From Bacillus subtilis subsp. subtilis str. 168 (GTDB lineage Bacteria; Bacillota; Bacilli; Bacillales; Bacillaceae), in NCBI RefSeq assembly GCF_000009045.1, contig NC_000964.3, forward strand, positions 1,830,001-1,862,000: a stretch of 32,000 bases of DNA, written 5' to 3'. The notes under the pieces are model-generated. The model did not search any database, was not told the DNA's origin, and saw only the letters and a list, made by a program, of their open reading frames with translations. Within the stretch, counting starts at the first letter, position 1; the number at the start of each line of letters is the position of its first letter. Shown here piece after piece: positions 23,801 to 31,383 of the stretch. The translations under genes were made by a program, and so were the position numbers.

Positions 23801-26800
23801 CTCCCCGCCAGCAGGAATTCACTGCCGTTTTTTCAGCCAAAACAAAATGGAGCCTGCTTAGCTATCTAGAAAATATGCAATTGTTTTTAGAGAAGGAAGC
23901 TTCTCTGGATATTGAACCCGTTGTACAGGCTTTACACAGGAGAAACCATAATTTAGAGCATAGGACTGCATTTACAGTGGCATCGACTCAAGAGCTGATC
24001 GAAAAACTAAAGGTGTTCCGAACATCAAGAGAAAGCTCACTCCAGCAAGGCATCTATACATCATTCGATTTACAGCCATGTGCGGAATCAGCATCTAGGG
24101 ATAGAGAAATAAACGCAGCAGAGCAATGGGCACAAGGGGCATTGATTGCTTTTAAAGAAGCTGATATAGGGAACCGAACAGGCTGGGTTCATCTGCCTCA
24201 CTATGCATTTGACCATAATACATCATTTCATTTCGATGTATCGTCTATCAATGAGAAATCGTCAGATGTTGAAGACAATATCAATCAGCCGGTCATTCAA
24301 GATCAATTCACTTATGATGAGCCTTACGTTCAAGGACACGTCTTCAACAATGAACGGGTGCTTGTCGGTGCCACATATGGCAGTCTGGCCATTGAAGCAT
24401 TTTTTAACCTGTTCCCTGAGGAAAACAGCGGCCGTATCAGCAAATTAAGTTATATCAGTCCAATTGTCATCAAACAAGGCGAGACCATTGAACTTCAGGC
24501 AAAGCCGCTGCAAAAAGATCAAGTCATAGAACTGCAAATCATGTATCGCGAGCCGTCCTCTGGTTTGTGGAAGCCTGCCGCAATCGGACAATGCGGAATC
24601 GGTTCTTTTGAGCCCAAAAAAGTCAATATCGAGAACGTTAAGCATTCATTAACTAAGCTTCATCACATCGATCAGATGTATAAAACCGGAAACGGTCCTG
24701 AATGGGGAGAGTTATTTAAGACAATTACTCATCTCTACAGAGATCACAAGTCTATACTGGCAAAAATTCGCCTGCCCCAAAGCGGGCTGGCAAACGGGCA
24801 CCATTACACTGTAAGCCCATTGATGACAAACAGCGCGTACTTGGCTATCCTCAGTTTCTTAGAGCAGTTTGACATGACAGGCGGCTTCCTGCCGTTTGGA
24901 ATCAATGATATCCAGTTTACAAAGCAAACGATAAAAGGGGATTGCTGGCTTTTGATTACATTGGTTAAGAATACAGGTGACATGTTGCTGTTTGATGTAG
25001 ATGTGATCAATGAGTCGTCAGAAACAGTGCTGCACTACTCGGGCTACTCGCTTAAACAGCTTCGTATTTCGAATCAAAGAGGAAATCAAAATAAGGCCAT
25101 CAAAGCCAGCAATCTGAAAGCTCGTATCAGAAGCTATGTAACAGATAAACTGGCAGTAAACATGGCCGATCCGTCAAAATTGTCAATTGCAAAAGCGCAT
25201 ATCATGGATTTTGGAATTGATTCTTCTCAATTGGTTGCACTGACAAGGGAGATGGAAGCAGAGACAAAGATCGAATTAAATCCGACTCTGTTTTTTGAAT
25301 ATCCGACTATTCAAGAGTTAATCGACTTTTTTGCGGACAAACATGAAGCATCTTTTGCTCAGCTGTTTGGTGAAGCTCATCAGCAGGAAGAACGCCCAGC
25401 TCAAATCGAAAACCAAATGAAACAGATTCCGGCATACGAGACGAACACGGATAAAACAATCGAACACGCGGCAGACGGCATAGCCATTATCGGCATGTCG
25501 GGACAGTTTCCGAAAGCAAACAGCGTAACGGAATTTTGGGATAACCTTGTCCAAGGAAAGAACTGTGTCTCTGAAGTGCCGAAAGAACGCTGGGACTGGC
25601 GCAAATATGCCGCAGCCGATAAGGAAGGGCAATCAAGCCTTCAATGGGGCGGTTTTATAGAAGGAATAGGTGAGTTTGATCCCCTGTTTTTTGGCATATC
25701 GCCTAAAGAAGCGGCGAATATGGACCCACAGGAGTTTCTGCTCTTGATACATGCATGGAAGGCGATGGAAGATGCAGGCTTAACAGGGCAGGTTTTATCC
25801 AGCCGCCCGACAGGAGTATTTGTCGCAGCCGGCAATACGGATACAGCTGTGGTTCCTTCCCTAATTCCAAACCGTATATCCTATGCACTTGATGTAAAAG
25901 GGCCAAGTGAATATTATGAAGCTGCCTGTTCCTCAGCTCTAGTGGCTTTGCACAGAGCTATACAATCCATTCGAAACGGCGAATGTGAGCAAGCCATTGT
26001 CGGGGCTGTGAATTTGCTGCTTTCACCAAAAGGCTTTATTGGCTTCGACTCAATGGGCTATTTGAGTGAGAAAGGGCAGGCCAAATCCTTTCAAGCAGAT
26101 GCAAATGGCTTTGTCAGAAGTGAAGGAGCAGGAGTTCTCATCATTAAACCATTGCAAAAAGCCATTGAAGATTCTGATCATATTTATTCGGTTATTAAAG
26201 GTTCAGGTGTATCGCATGGCGGCAGGGGAATGTCACTTCACGCGCCAAATCCGGCCGGCATGAAGGATGCAATGCTGAAGGCTTATCAAGGAGCGCAAAT
26301 TGATCCCAAAACGGTGACCTATATAGAAGCGCATGGGATCGCCTCTCCATTGGCAGACGCGATAGAAATAGAGGCGTTAAAGTCAGGCTGCAGTCAGCTC
26401 GAATTGGAACTTCCACAGGAAGTACGGGAGGAAGCGCCATGTTATATCAGCAGCTTAAAGCCGAGCATCGGACACGGTGAACTCGTCTCAGGCATGGCTG
26501 CTCTTATGAAGGTCAGCATGGCGATGAAGCATCAAACAATACCAGGCATATCCGGATTTTCGTCTTTGAATGACCAGGTGTCATTAAAGGGCACCCGTTT
26601 CCGAGTGACTGCCGAGAATCAGCAATGGAGGGATTTAAGTGACGATGCAGGCAAAAAAATTCCGCGCAGAGCGAGTATCAACAGCTATAGCTTTGGAGGC
26701 GTAAATGCGCACGTCATTTTAGAAGAATATATTCCTTTACCAAAACCACCGGTTAGTATGAGTGAGAATGGTGCCCACATTGTAGTTCTTTCTGCAAAGA

Positions 26801-28521
26801 ATCAAGACAGGCTAAAAGCAATTGCTCAACAGCAGCTTGACTATGTGAATAAACAACAAGAACTGTCATTACAAGATTATGCTTATACACTTCAAACCGG
26901 CCGAGAGGAAATGGAAGACCGCCTGGCGCTCGTCGTCCGCAGTAAAGAAGAACTGGTAATCGGCTTGCAAGCCTGCTTAGCAGAAAAAGGCGATAAGCTG
27001 AAGAGTTCTGTACCTGTCTTTAGCGGAAATGCAGAAAATGGCTCGTCAGATCTCGAAGCCTTGCTGGATGGTCCATTAAGAGAAATGGTGATCGAGACTT
27101 TGTTGTCTGAAAACAACCTTGAAAAGATCGCGTTTTGCTGGACAAAAGGGGTGCAAATCCCATGGGAAAAGCTTTATCAAGGAAAAGGTGCCCGCAGAAT
27201 ACCGTTGCCAACCTATCCATTTGAAAAGAGAAGCTGCTGGAACGGCTTTCAAGCAGTAGAGAATACGCCTTCTGTTTCACAGGATGAGCGTATCAACAAC
27301 AGCAGCGATCATCACATATTAGCAAATGTACTAGGGATGGCTCCGGATGAACTGCAGTTTCATAAGCCATTGCAGCAGTATGGATTTGATTCAATTTCTT
27401 GCATACAGTTATTACAGCAATTGCAATCAAAGGTGGACCCTCTCATTGTCTTGACGGAGCTTCAAGCATGCCATACTGTTCAGGACATGATGGACTTGAT
27501 CGCAAAGAAACAGGAGGATACATCCTTACAAAATGATCAAGCTCGCACGTTTCCGGAATTAATACCGTTAAATGACGGCAAGCGGGGGCGCCCTGTCTTT
27601 TGGTTCCATGGCGGAGTAGGAGGAGTTGAAATCTATCAGCAATTTGCACAAAAGAGCCAGCGCCCTTTTTACGGCATTCAAGCCAGAGGATTCATGACTG
27701 ATTCTGCTCCTTTGCACGGAATTGAACAAATGGCTTCCTATTATATAGAGATCATTCGATCCATACAGCCTGAAGGTCCTTATGATGTAGGCGGATATTC
27801 CTTAGGCGGGATGATTGCATATGAAGTCACTCGCCAGCTGCAAAGCCAAGGCCTTGCTGTCAAAAGCATGGTGATGATTGACTCCCCATATCGTTCTGAG
27901 ACAAAAGAGAATGAGGCATCTATGAAAACGTCAATGCTGCAAACAATTAATACGATGCTGGCATCGATTGCGAAACGGGAAAAGTTTACGGATGTTCTCA
28001 TCAGCCGTGAAGAGGTGGACATAAGCTTAGAGGATGAAGAATTCCTGTCTGAGTTGATTGACTTGGCAAAAGAACGAGGGCTAAACAAACCAGATAAACA
28101 AATACGTGCGCAGGCTCAGCAAATGATGAAAACACAGCGCGCCTATGATTTGGAGTCGTACACTGTTAAGCCTCTCCCTGATCCTGAGACGGTAAAATGT
28201 TATTATTTCCGCAACAAAAGCAGGTCTTTCTTTGGTGATTTAGACACTTATTTCACTTTATCAAATGAAAAAGAACCGTTTGATCAAGCTGCCTATTGGG
28301 AGGAATGGGAGCGGCAAATTCCTCATTTCCACCTGGTGGATGTCGATTCAAGCAACCACTTCATGATATTAACCGAACCGAAAGCGTCAACAGCCCTGTT
28401 AGAATTTTGCGAAAAGCTCTATTCAAACAGGGGAGTAGTGAATGCGAATTTCCTTAAGGCTTTCCGGAAGAAACATGAAGCGAGGGAAGAAAAAGAAACA
28501 GATGAATTGGTGAAGCGCTGA
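20890..28521 (+). CDS. pksR: Trans-AT polyketide synthase PksR: MT-ACP-KS-DH-like(EI)-ACP-KS-ACP-TE
   Basis: 2543-codon ORF. Strong RBS TAGGAGGGGAAACGCCA ahead of ATG 20890; 14-nt gap after pksN stop. Domain motifs listed separately. Confidence 0.95.
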   Translation: MLNTEDILCKMLFAQLQSIGFFTESKSQPVLENFYGRWFEESQSILERHQFLKRTENGHVPTRSIGTMSELWKEWNEQKFDLLQDNNMKAMVTLVETALKALPEILTGKASATDILFPNSSMDLVEGVYKNNQVADYFNDVLADTLTAYLQERLKQEPEAKIRILEIGAGTGGTSAAVFQKLKAWQTHIKEYCYTDLSKAFLMHAENKYGPDNPYLTYKRFNVEEPASEQHIDAGGYDAVIAANVLHATKNIRQTLRNAKAVLKKNGLLLLNEISNHNIYSHLTFGLLEGWWLYEDPDLRIPGCPGLYPDTWKMVLESEGFRYVSFMAEQSHQLGQQIIAAESNGVVRQKKRTEAEEDPSHIQMNAEIDHSQESDSLIEQTAQFVKHTLAKSIKLSPERIHEDTTFEKYGIDSILQVNFIRELEKVTGELPKTILFEHNNTKELVEYLVKGHENKLRTALLKEKTKPAKNEAPLQTERTDPNKPFTFHTRRFVTEQEVTETQLANTEPLKIEKTSNLQGTHFNDSSTEDIAIIGVSGRYPMSNSLEELWGHLIAGDNCITEAPESRWRTSLLKTLSKDPKKPANKKRYGGFLQDIEAFDHQLFEVEQNRVMEMTPELRLCLETVWETFEDGGYTRTRLDKLRDDDGVGVFIGNMYNQYFWNIPSLEQAVLSSNGGDWHIANRVSHFFNLTGPSIAVSSACSSSLNAIHLACESLKLKNCSMAIAGGVNLTLDLSKYDSLERANLLGSGNQSKSFGTGNGLIPGEGVGAVLLKPLSKAMEDQDHIYAVIKSSFANHSGGRQMYTAPDPKQQAKLIVKSIQQSGIDPETIGYIESAANGSALGDPIEVIALTNAFQQYTNKKQFCAIGSVKSNLGHLEAASGISQLTKVLLQMKKGTLVPTINAMPVNPNIKLEHTAFYLQEQTEPWHRLNDPETGKQLPRRSMINSFGAGGAYANLIIEEYMETAPEKEHIAPRQQEFTAVFSAKTKWSLLSYLENMQLFLEKEASLDIEPVVQALHRRNHNLEHRTAFTVASTQELIEKLKVFRTSRESSLQQGIYTSFDLQPCAESASRDREINAAEQWAQGALIAFKEADIGNRTGWVHLPHYAFDHNTSFHFDVSSINEKSSDVEDNINQPVIQDQFTYDEPYVQGHVFNNERVLVGATYGSLAIEAFFNLFPEENSGRISKLSYISPIVIKQGETIELQAKPLQKDQVIELQIMYREPSSGLWKPAAIGQCGIGSFEPKKVNIENVKHSLTKLHHIDQMYKTGNGPEWGELFKTITHLYRDHKSILAKIRLPQSGLANGHHYTVSPLMTNSAYLAILSFLEQFDMTGGFLPFGINDIQFTKQTIKGDCWLLITLVKNTGDMLLFDVDVINESSETVLHYSGYSLKQLRISNQRGNQNKAIKASNLKARIRSYVTDKLAVNMADPSKLSIAKAHIMDFGIDSSQLVALTREMEAETKIELNPTLFFEYPTIQELIDFFADKHEASFAQLFGEAHQQEERPAQIENQMKQIPAYETNTDKTIEHAADGIAIIGMSGQFPKANSVTEFWDNLVQGKNCVSEVPKERWDWRKYAAADKEGQSSLQWGGFIEGIGEFDPLFFGISPKEAANMDPQEFLLLIHAWKAMEDAGLTGQVLSSRPTGVFVAAGNTDTAVVPSLIPNRISYALDVKGPSEYYEAACSSALVALHRAIQSIRNGECEQAIVGAVNLLLSPKGFIGFDSMGYLSEKGQAKSFQADANGFVRSEGAGVLIIKPLQKAIEDSDHIYSVIKGSGVSHGGRGMSLHAPNPAGMKDAMLKAYQGAQIDPKTVTYIEAHGIASPLADAIEIEALKSGCSQLELELPQEVREEAPCYISSLKPSIGHGELVSGMAALMKVSMAMKHQTIPGISGFSSLNDQVSLKGTRFRVTAENQQWRDLSDDAGKKIPRRASINSYSFGGVNAHVILEEYIPLPKPPVSMSENGAHIVVLSAKNQDRLKAIAQQQLDYVNKQQELSLQDYAYTLQTGREEMEDRLALVVRSKEELVIGLQACLAEKGDKLKSSVPVFSGNAENGSSDLEALLDGPLREMVIETLLSENNLEKIAFCWTKGVQIPWEKLYQGKGARRIPLPTYPFEKRSCWNGFQAVENTPSVSQDERINNSSDHHILANVLGMAPDELQFHKPLQQYGFDSISCIQLLQQLQSKVDPLIVLTELQACHTVQDMMDLIAKKQEDTSLQNDQARTFPELIPLNDGKRGRPVFWFHGGVGGVEIYQQFAQKSQRPFYGIQARGFMTDSAPLHGIEQMASYYIEIIRSIQPEGPYDVGGYSLGGMIAYEVTRQLQSQGLAVKSMVMIDSPYRSETKENEASMKTSMLQTINTMLASIAKREKFTDVLISREEVDISLEDEEFLSELIDLAKERGLNKPDKQIRAQAQQMMKTQRAYDLESYTVKPLPDPETVKCYYFRNKSRSFFGDLDTYFTLSNEKEPFDQAAYWEEWERQIPHFHLVDVDSSNHFMILTEPKASTALLEFCEKLYSNRGVVNANFLKAFRKKHEAREEKETDELVKR
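21300..21860 (+). other. C-methyltransferase domain of PksR
   Basis: IRILEIGAGTGGTSAAVFQKL SAM-binding motif (about 21382-21444); FNVEEPASEQHIDAGGYDAVIAANVLHATKNI. Confidence 0.88.
22030..22240 (+). other. ACP of the split PksN/PksR module
   Basis: TFEKYGIDSILQVNFIRELEKV; Ser codon 22126-22128. Confidence 0.87.
22471..23775 (+). other. Ketosynthase-like domain of PksR, predicted non-elongating (KS0)
   Basis: DIAIIGVSGRYPMS; Cys codon 22987-22989 in SSACSSSLNAIH; canonical YIEAHGTG replaced by YIESAANG, His->Ala at codon 23389-23391; NLGHLEAASG retained. Confidence 0.85.
24280..25120 (+). other. DH-like domain of PksR, enoyl-isomerase type
   Basis: GHVFNNERVLVGATY in place of HxxxGxxxxP; VSPLMTNSAYLA in place of LHPxxxDxxxQ, Asp->Asn at codon 24829-24831. 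Confidence 0.8.
25105..25330 (+). other. ACP after the DH-like domain in PksR
   Basis: AHIMDFGIDSSQLVALTREM; Ser codon 25222-25224. Confidence 0.87.
25477..26745 (+). other. Last ketosynthase of PksR
   Basis: GIAIIGMSGQFPKA; Cys codon 25927-25929 in EAACSSALVALH; TYIEAHGIASPLADAIEIE; SSLKPSIGHGELVSGMAAL. Confidence 0.88.
27310..27505 (+). other. Final ACP of PksR
   Basis: HKPLQQYGFDSISCIQLLQQL; Ser codon 27391-27393. Confidence 0.87.
27574..28455 (+). other. Terminal thioesterase domain of PksR
   Basis: GRPVFWFHGGVGGVEIYQQF; YDVGGYSLGGMIAYEVTRQL with Ser codon 27799-27801. Confidence 0.9.
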
Positions 28522-28530
28522 GAAAACACA

Positions 28531-28560
28531 AACGCCCCCTCTTTTAAAAGGGGGCGTTTT
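28531..28560. terminator. Hairpin terminator between convergent pksR and pksS, possibly bidirectional
   Basis: AACGCCCCC(28531-28539)-TCTTTTAAAA-GGGGGCGTT(28550-28558) followed by TT; on the minus strand the stem is followed by TGTGTTTT. Confidence 0.85.
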
Positions 28561-28565
28561 GAATG

Positions 28566-29783
28566 TTATTTTGAAAGTGAAACAGGGAGACTTTCTAATC
28601 CTCTTAAAAAGACATTTTTTCTCCATTGAATGTCATCAGGTGCAACCGCAAGTTCAATATCAGGAAATCTCTTCAAAAGTGCTTTAAATGCAATGTGGCC
28701 TTCCAGCCTGGCAAGAGGCGCTCCTAAGCAGAAATGAATGCCAAAACCAAAAGAAATATGTCTATTAGGCGACCGATTTATATTTAATATTTCGGGGTTC
28801 TCAAAAAAATTCGGGTCGCGATTGGCAGATCCGATGCCTATAAAAATCATGTCTCCTCTTTTGATCGAATGCCCCTTATATGTAAAGTCTTCGATGGCCC
28901 ACCGATTTGCCATCATAACGACAGGTGAGGTGTATCGCAGCAATTCTTCAACCGCTGTAGCGATCATTTCAGGCTGCTGCTTGAGCTTCTCACATTCCTT
29001 CTTGTGCTGCAGCAATGCGAGGGTGCCTGAGCCGAGTAAGTTAACAGTTGTTTCAAGGCCGGCTACAACGAGCAAGAACAGCATCGAATAGAGCTCTTTT
29101 TCGCTTAACTTGCTGCCGTTTTCCTCAGCATGCACAAGTTTGCTGATTAAATCGTCTTTTGGCTTTATTCTTCTGTCATGGATCAGCTTAGCGATATAAT
29201 CTTTAAATTCACGAAGGGCCTGATTTGTCAGCTCTCTATTACCTTCAGAGGTATCAACCATCGCATTGGTCCAGATTTGAAACTGTGACCGATCTTCTTT
29301 TGGGATTCCCATCAATTCAGATATAACAATAAAAGGCAAAGGGGAAGCGAAGGATTTCATGATATCCGCTTTATTTTCTTTTTCCATTTCATCTAAAAGC
29401 TGTTCAGCAATTTGTTCAATGCTGCCGCGCAGATTTTCAATGGTTCGGGGAGTAAATGCTTGATGAACAAGTGATCTCAGGCGGGTATGGTCAGGTGTGT
29501 CTTTTGCCAGCATATGATCGGATACAAAATCGATATCTTCACTAACGTTGAGCATTTTGATTTGTTCTTGGTTCATCACATTTTTTACGTCTCTTGTAAT
29601 TCGATTGTCTTTTAAAAAGGCCATACAATCATCGTATCGGGTAATTAACCAGGCCGGATATGTGGCTCCGAACCGTTTTAATTCAAATCGGTGAATGGGC
29701 TCTTCCTCTCTAAATCGTCCTAAAACTGAAAAAGGATTGTGATGAAACTCTTTACCATGCGGATGAAACATCAATTTTTCCAT
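28566..29783 (-). CDS. pksS: Cytochrome P450 PksS (bacillaene tailoring)
   Basis: FGFGIHFCLGAPLARLEGH heme loop with Cys codon 28728-28730; VVAGLETTVN I-helix motif; located directly after pksR. The start at 29783 is preferred over 29789 because GAGGAG lies 7 nt upstream of it. Confidence 0.93.
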   Translation of the reverse strand: MEKLMFHPHGKEFHHNPFSVLGRFREEEPIHRFELKRFGATYPAWLITRYDDCMAFLKDNRITRDVKNVMNQEQIKMLNVSEDIDFVSDHMLAKDTPDHTRLRSLVHQAFTPRTIENLRGSIEQIAEQLLDEMEKENKADIMKSFASPLPFIVISELMGIPKEDRSQFQIWTNAMVDTSEGNRELTNQALREFKDYIAKLIHDRRIKPKDDLISKLVHAEENGSKLSEKELYSMLFLLVVAGLETTVNLLGSGTLALLQHKKECEKLKQQPEMIATAVEELLRYTSPVVMMANRWAIEDFTYKGHSIKRGDMIFIGIGSANRDPNFFENPEILNINRSPNRHISFGFGIHFCLGAPLARLEGHIAFKALLKRFPDIELAVAPDDIQWRKNVFLRGLESLPVSLSK

Positions 29784-29880
29784 TTGCATTCTCCTCGCCT
29801 AATAGGGTAAATAGATGAATCAAATTGCTGAATTAGTTTACAAAAAACAGAATGATTTGAAATGTAATCCTGTCTCTAAA

Positions 29881-29909
29881 ACTATATATCTATCTTAGGC
29901 GTCATTCAA
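29881..29909 (-). promoter_or_regulatory. Candidate sigma-A promoter for pksS
   Basis: Minus strand TTGAAT (29909-29904), 17-nt spacer, TATAGT (29886-29881). Confidence 0.5.
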
Positions 29910-29954
29910 TAGGGAGAAGAACGAAAAAAGTGAAAAAACGGCTCGATATAAAGC

Positions 29955-29984
29955 AGCGCCTTTGAACGAAAGCTCAAAGGCGCT
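29955..29984 (-). terminator. Hairpin downstream of the ymzB-like gene
   Basis: AGCGCCTTTGA (29955-29965) - ACGAAAGC - TCAAAGGCGCT (29974-29984); 11-bp perfect stem, weak T tract on the minus strand (GCTTTATAT). Confidence 0.55.
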
Positions 29985-30013
29985 ACGCTGTATTATTTTG
30001 ATGAAAGTGGCTG

Positions 30014-30370
30014 TCAGCTGTGCTGGATATCAATTGTATATACTGCACGATCTGTTACGACCTTCAATCCTTCGTTTTCTTGGTGAATATGAAGCTCACC
30101 TAATAAAGGAATCTCATAGGCATTTTGCGGAAGCGGTACGTTTCCGTCCTCAGTGAATGTTGTTCCTTCGCCTTCTAAAACAAGCTCTTCTTTCGCAACA
30201 TAATCATCAGGATGATTCGTACTGCGTATAGCCACTTTTTGAAGGTGGAGAACAATCTGATCCAAGTCTGATATCTCTTCATCATGGGTCAATTCACCTT
30301 TTCTAATATCAAGCGTCTGGCCGACTTTTGATTCCAGCCATTGAGAAAGCTGTGTATTCGTGTGTGCCAT
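30014..30370 (-). CDS. ymzB: Small uncharacterised protein, YmzB-like (118 aa)
   Basis: Start MAHTNTQLSQWLESKVG preceded by AAAAGGAGGAATATTG; the longer ORF start at 30418 adds 16 residues without support. Name assigned from gene order. Confidence 0.75.
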   Translation of the reverse strand: MAHTNTQLSQWLESKVGQTLDIRKGELTHDEEISDLDQIVLHLQKVAIRSTNHPDDYVAKEELVLEGEGTTFTEDGNVPLPQNAYEIPLLGELHIHQENEGLKVVTDRAVYTIDIQHS

Positions 30371-30448
30371 CAATATTCCTCCTTTTGATCTACACGATAC
30401 TATTCCCAATTGCTGCATCTTTTACACGGGAAAGAGCCGCCCCACTCT

Positions 30449-31291
30449 TTATGTATGAAACAGTTCGCTGTTGAGTGCCTTGATATAGCGTACGGCAGAA
30501 CGCTGGACCGATTCGTCGGCATTTTCTTTGACAACTTTAGAGAAAGCATTGTAAAGCCGGTTGAATTGAAGCGGTTTTACTTTGGCTGCTATTTCTTCAA
30601 CTTTGGAGGCGGGAAGGGGAATGAGATTTGGGTAGCTGTACATAAAGCTGACCCAGTTTCGATCCGCCGCAACCGTAATGATATCTCCGGTCAATAGACA
30701 GCCTTTCCCTTCATTGCCCTTGCTCCAATGCAAAACAGCACCGCCTTTAAAATGTCCGCCCAGTCGGTAAAGGTCCAGTCCCGGCTTCATATTGAGCGTT
30801 TCCCCTGACCAGAAGTGAATGTGATTGCTTGGCCTTGTCACCCATTCTTTATCATCCTCATGGATATAGATCGGCGCCTGAAACGCTTCAGCCCACTCAA
30901 CCTGAGTAGAGTAATAATGTGGATGAGACAAGGCGATGGCTTGAATACCGCCTAATTCGTTGATTTGGTCAATTGTCTTTTGGTCAAGATATGTCATGCA
31001 ATCCCACAGCACATTGAAGCCCTTATGCTGAATAAGATGGGCTGTTTGTCCAATCGCAAACTCTGGTTCAGTTTTGATGCTGTAAAGATGCTCTTCTTCC
31101 TTTTTAAGGATGTTTTGAAGGTTTCCTTTCTCACGCATGTCTTCAAGGGTTGTCCAAGTTTGTCCATCGGGATGAATATACTGTCTTTCATCCTCGCAAA
31201 TCAGACACGAGTTGGGCGGATCTACAGTCTGTGCATGTTGCACACCGCATGTATTGCAGATATAATATGGCACTTTCTTCACTTCCTTCAT
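30449..31291 (-). CDS. ymaE: Metallo-beta-lactamase-fold hydrolase-like protein, YmaE-like, with N-terminal zinc-ribbon/rubredoxin-like segment
   Basis: YICNTCGVQ...CLICEDERQY (CxxC...CxxC), IALSHPHYYST, LYRLGGHFKGGAVLHW-type segment (LGGHFKGGAVL), CLLTGDII. Gene order matches B. subtilis. Confidence 0.75.
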   Translation of the reverse strand: MKEVKKVPYYICNTCGVQHAQTVDPPNSCLICEDERQYIHPDGQTWTTLEDMREKGNLQNILKKEEEHLYSIKTEPEFAIGQTAHLIQHKGFNVLWDCMTYLDQKTIDQINELGGIQAIALSHPHYYSTQVEWAEAFQAPIYIHEDDKEWVTRPSNHIHFWSGETLNMKPGLDLYRLGGHFKGGAVLHWSKGNEGKGCLLTGDIITVAADRNWVSFMYSYPNLIPLPASKVEEIAAKVKPLQFNRLYNAFSKVVKENADESVQRSAVRYIKALNSELFHT

Positions 31292-31303
31292 CTATTTTCC
31301 ATT

Positions 31304-31331
31304 ATTTTACCTTATGATTATGAATATTCAA
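31304..31331 (-). promoter_or_regulatory. Candidate sigma-A promoter for ymaE(-ymzB)
   Basis: Minus strand TTGAAT (31331-31326), 16-nt spacer, TAAAAT (31309-31304). Confidence 0.4.
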
Positions 31332-31334
31332 ACG

Positions 31335-31373
31335 AAAAAACCGGCAGTTCTGCTGAGAGAGAATTGCCGGCTT
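31335..31373 (-). terminator. Intrinsic terminator of aprX
   Basis: Minus strand GCCGGCAATTCTCTCTCAGCAGAACTGCCGGTTTTTTCG: CCGGCA (31341-31346) pairs with TGCCGG (31365-31370), extended by TTCT/AGAA, followed by a six-T tract. Confidence 0.85.
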
Positions 31374-31383
31374 TTGATGATGT

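Noticed and set aside
1-28521. Search for an embedded AT domain, transposase or frameshift in the PKS genes
   Set aside because: No AT GHSxG catalytic context, transposase motif or in-frame interruption found; lack of AT fits a trans-AT system.
29962-30156. 62-aa plus-strand ORF between pksS and ymzB
   Set aside because: Runs through the hairpin and antisense to ymzB; no RBS or known domain.
30410-30697. Plus-strand ORF over ymaE
   Set aside because: Antisense to the Cys/His-containing YmaE-like protein, with no independent support.
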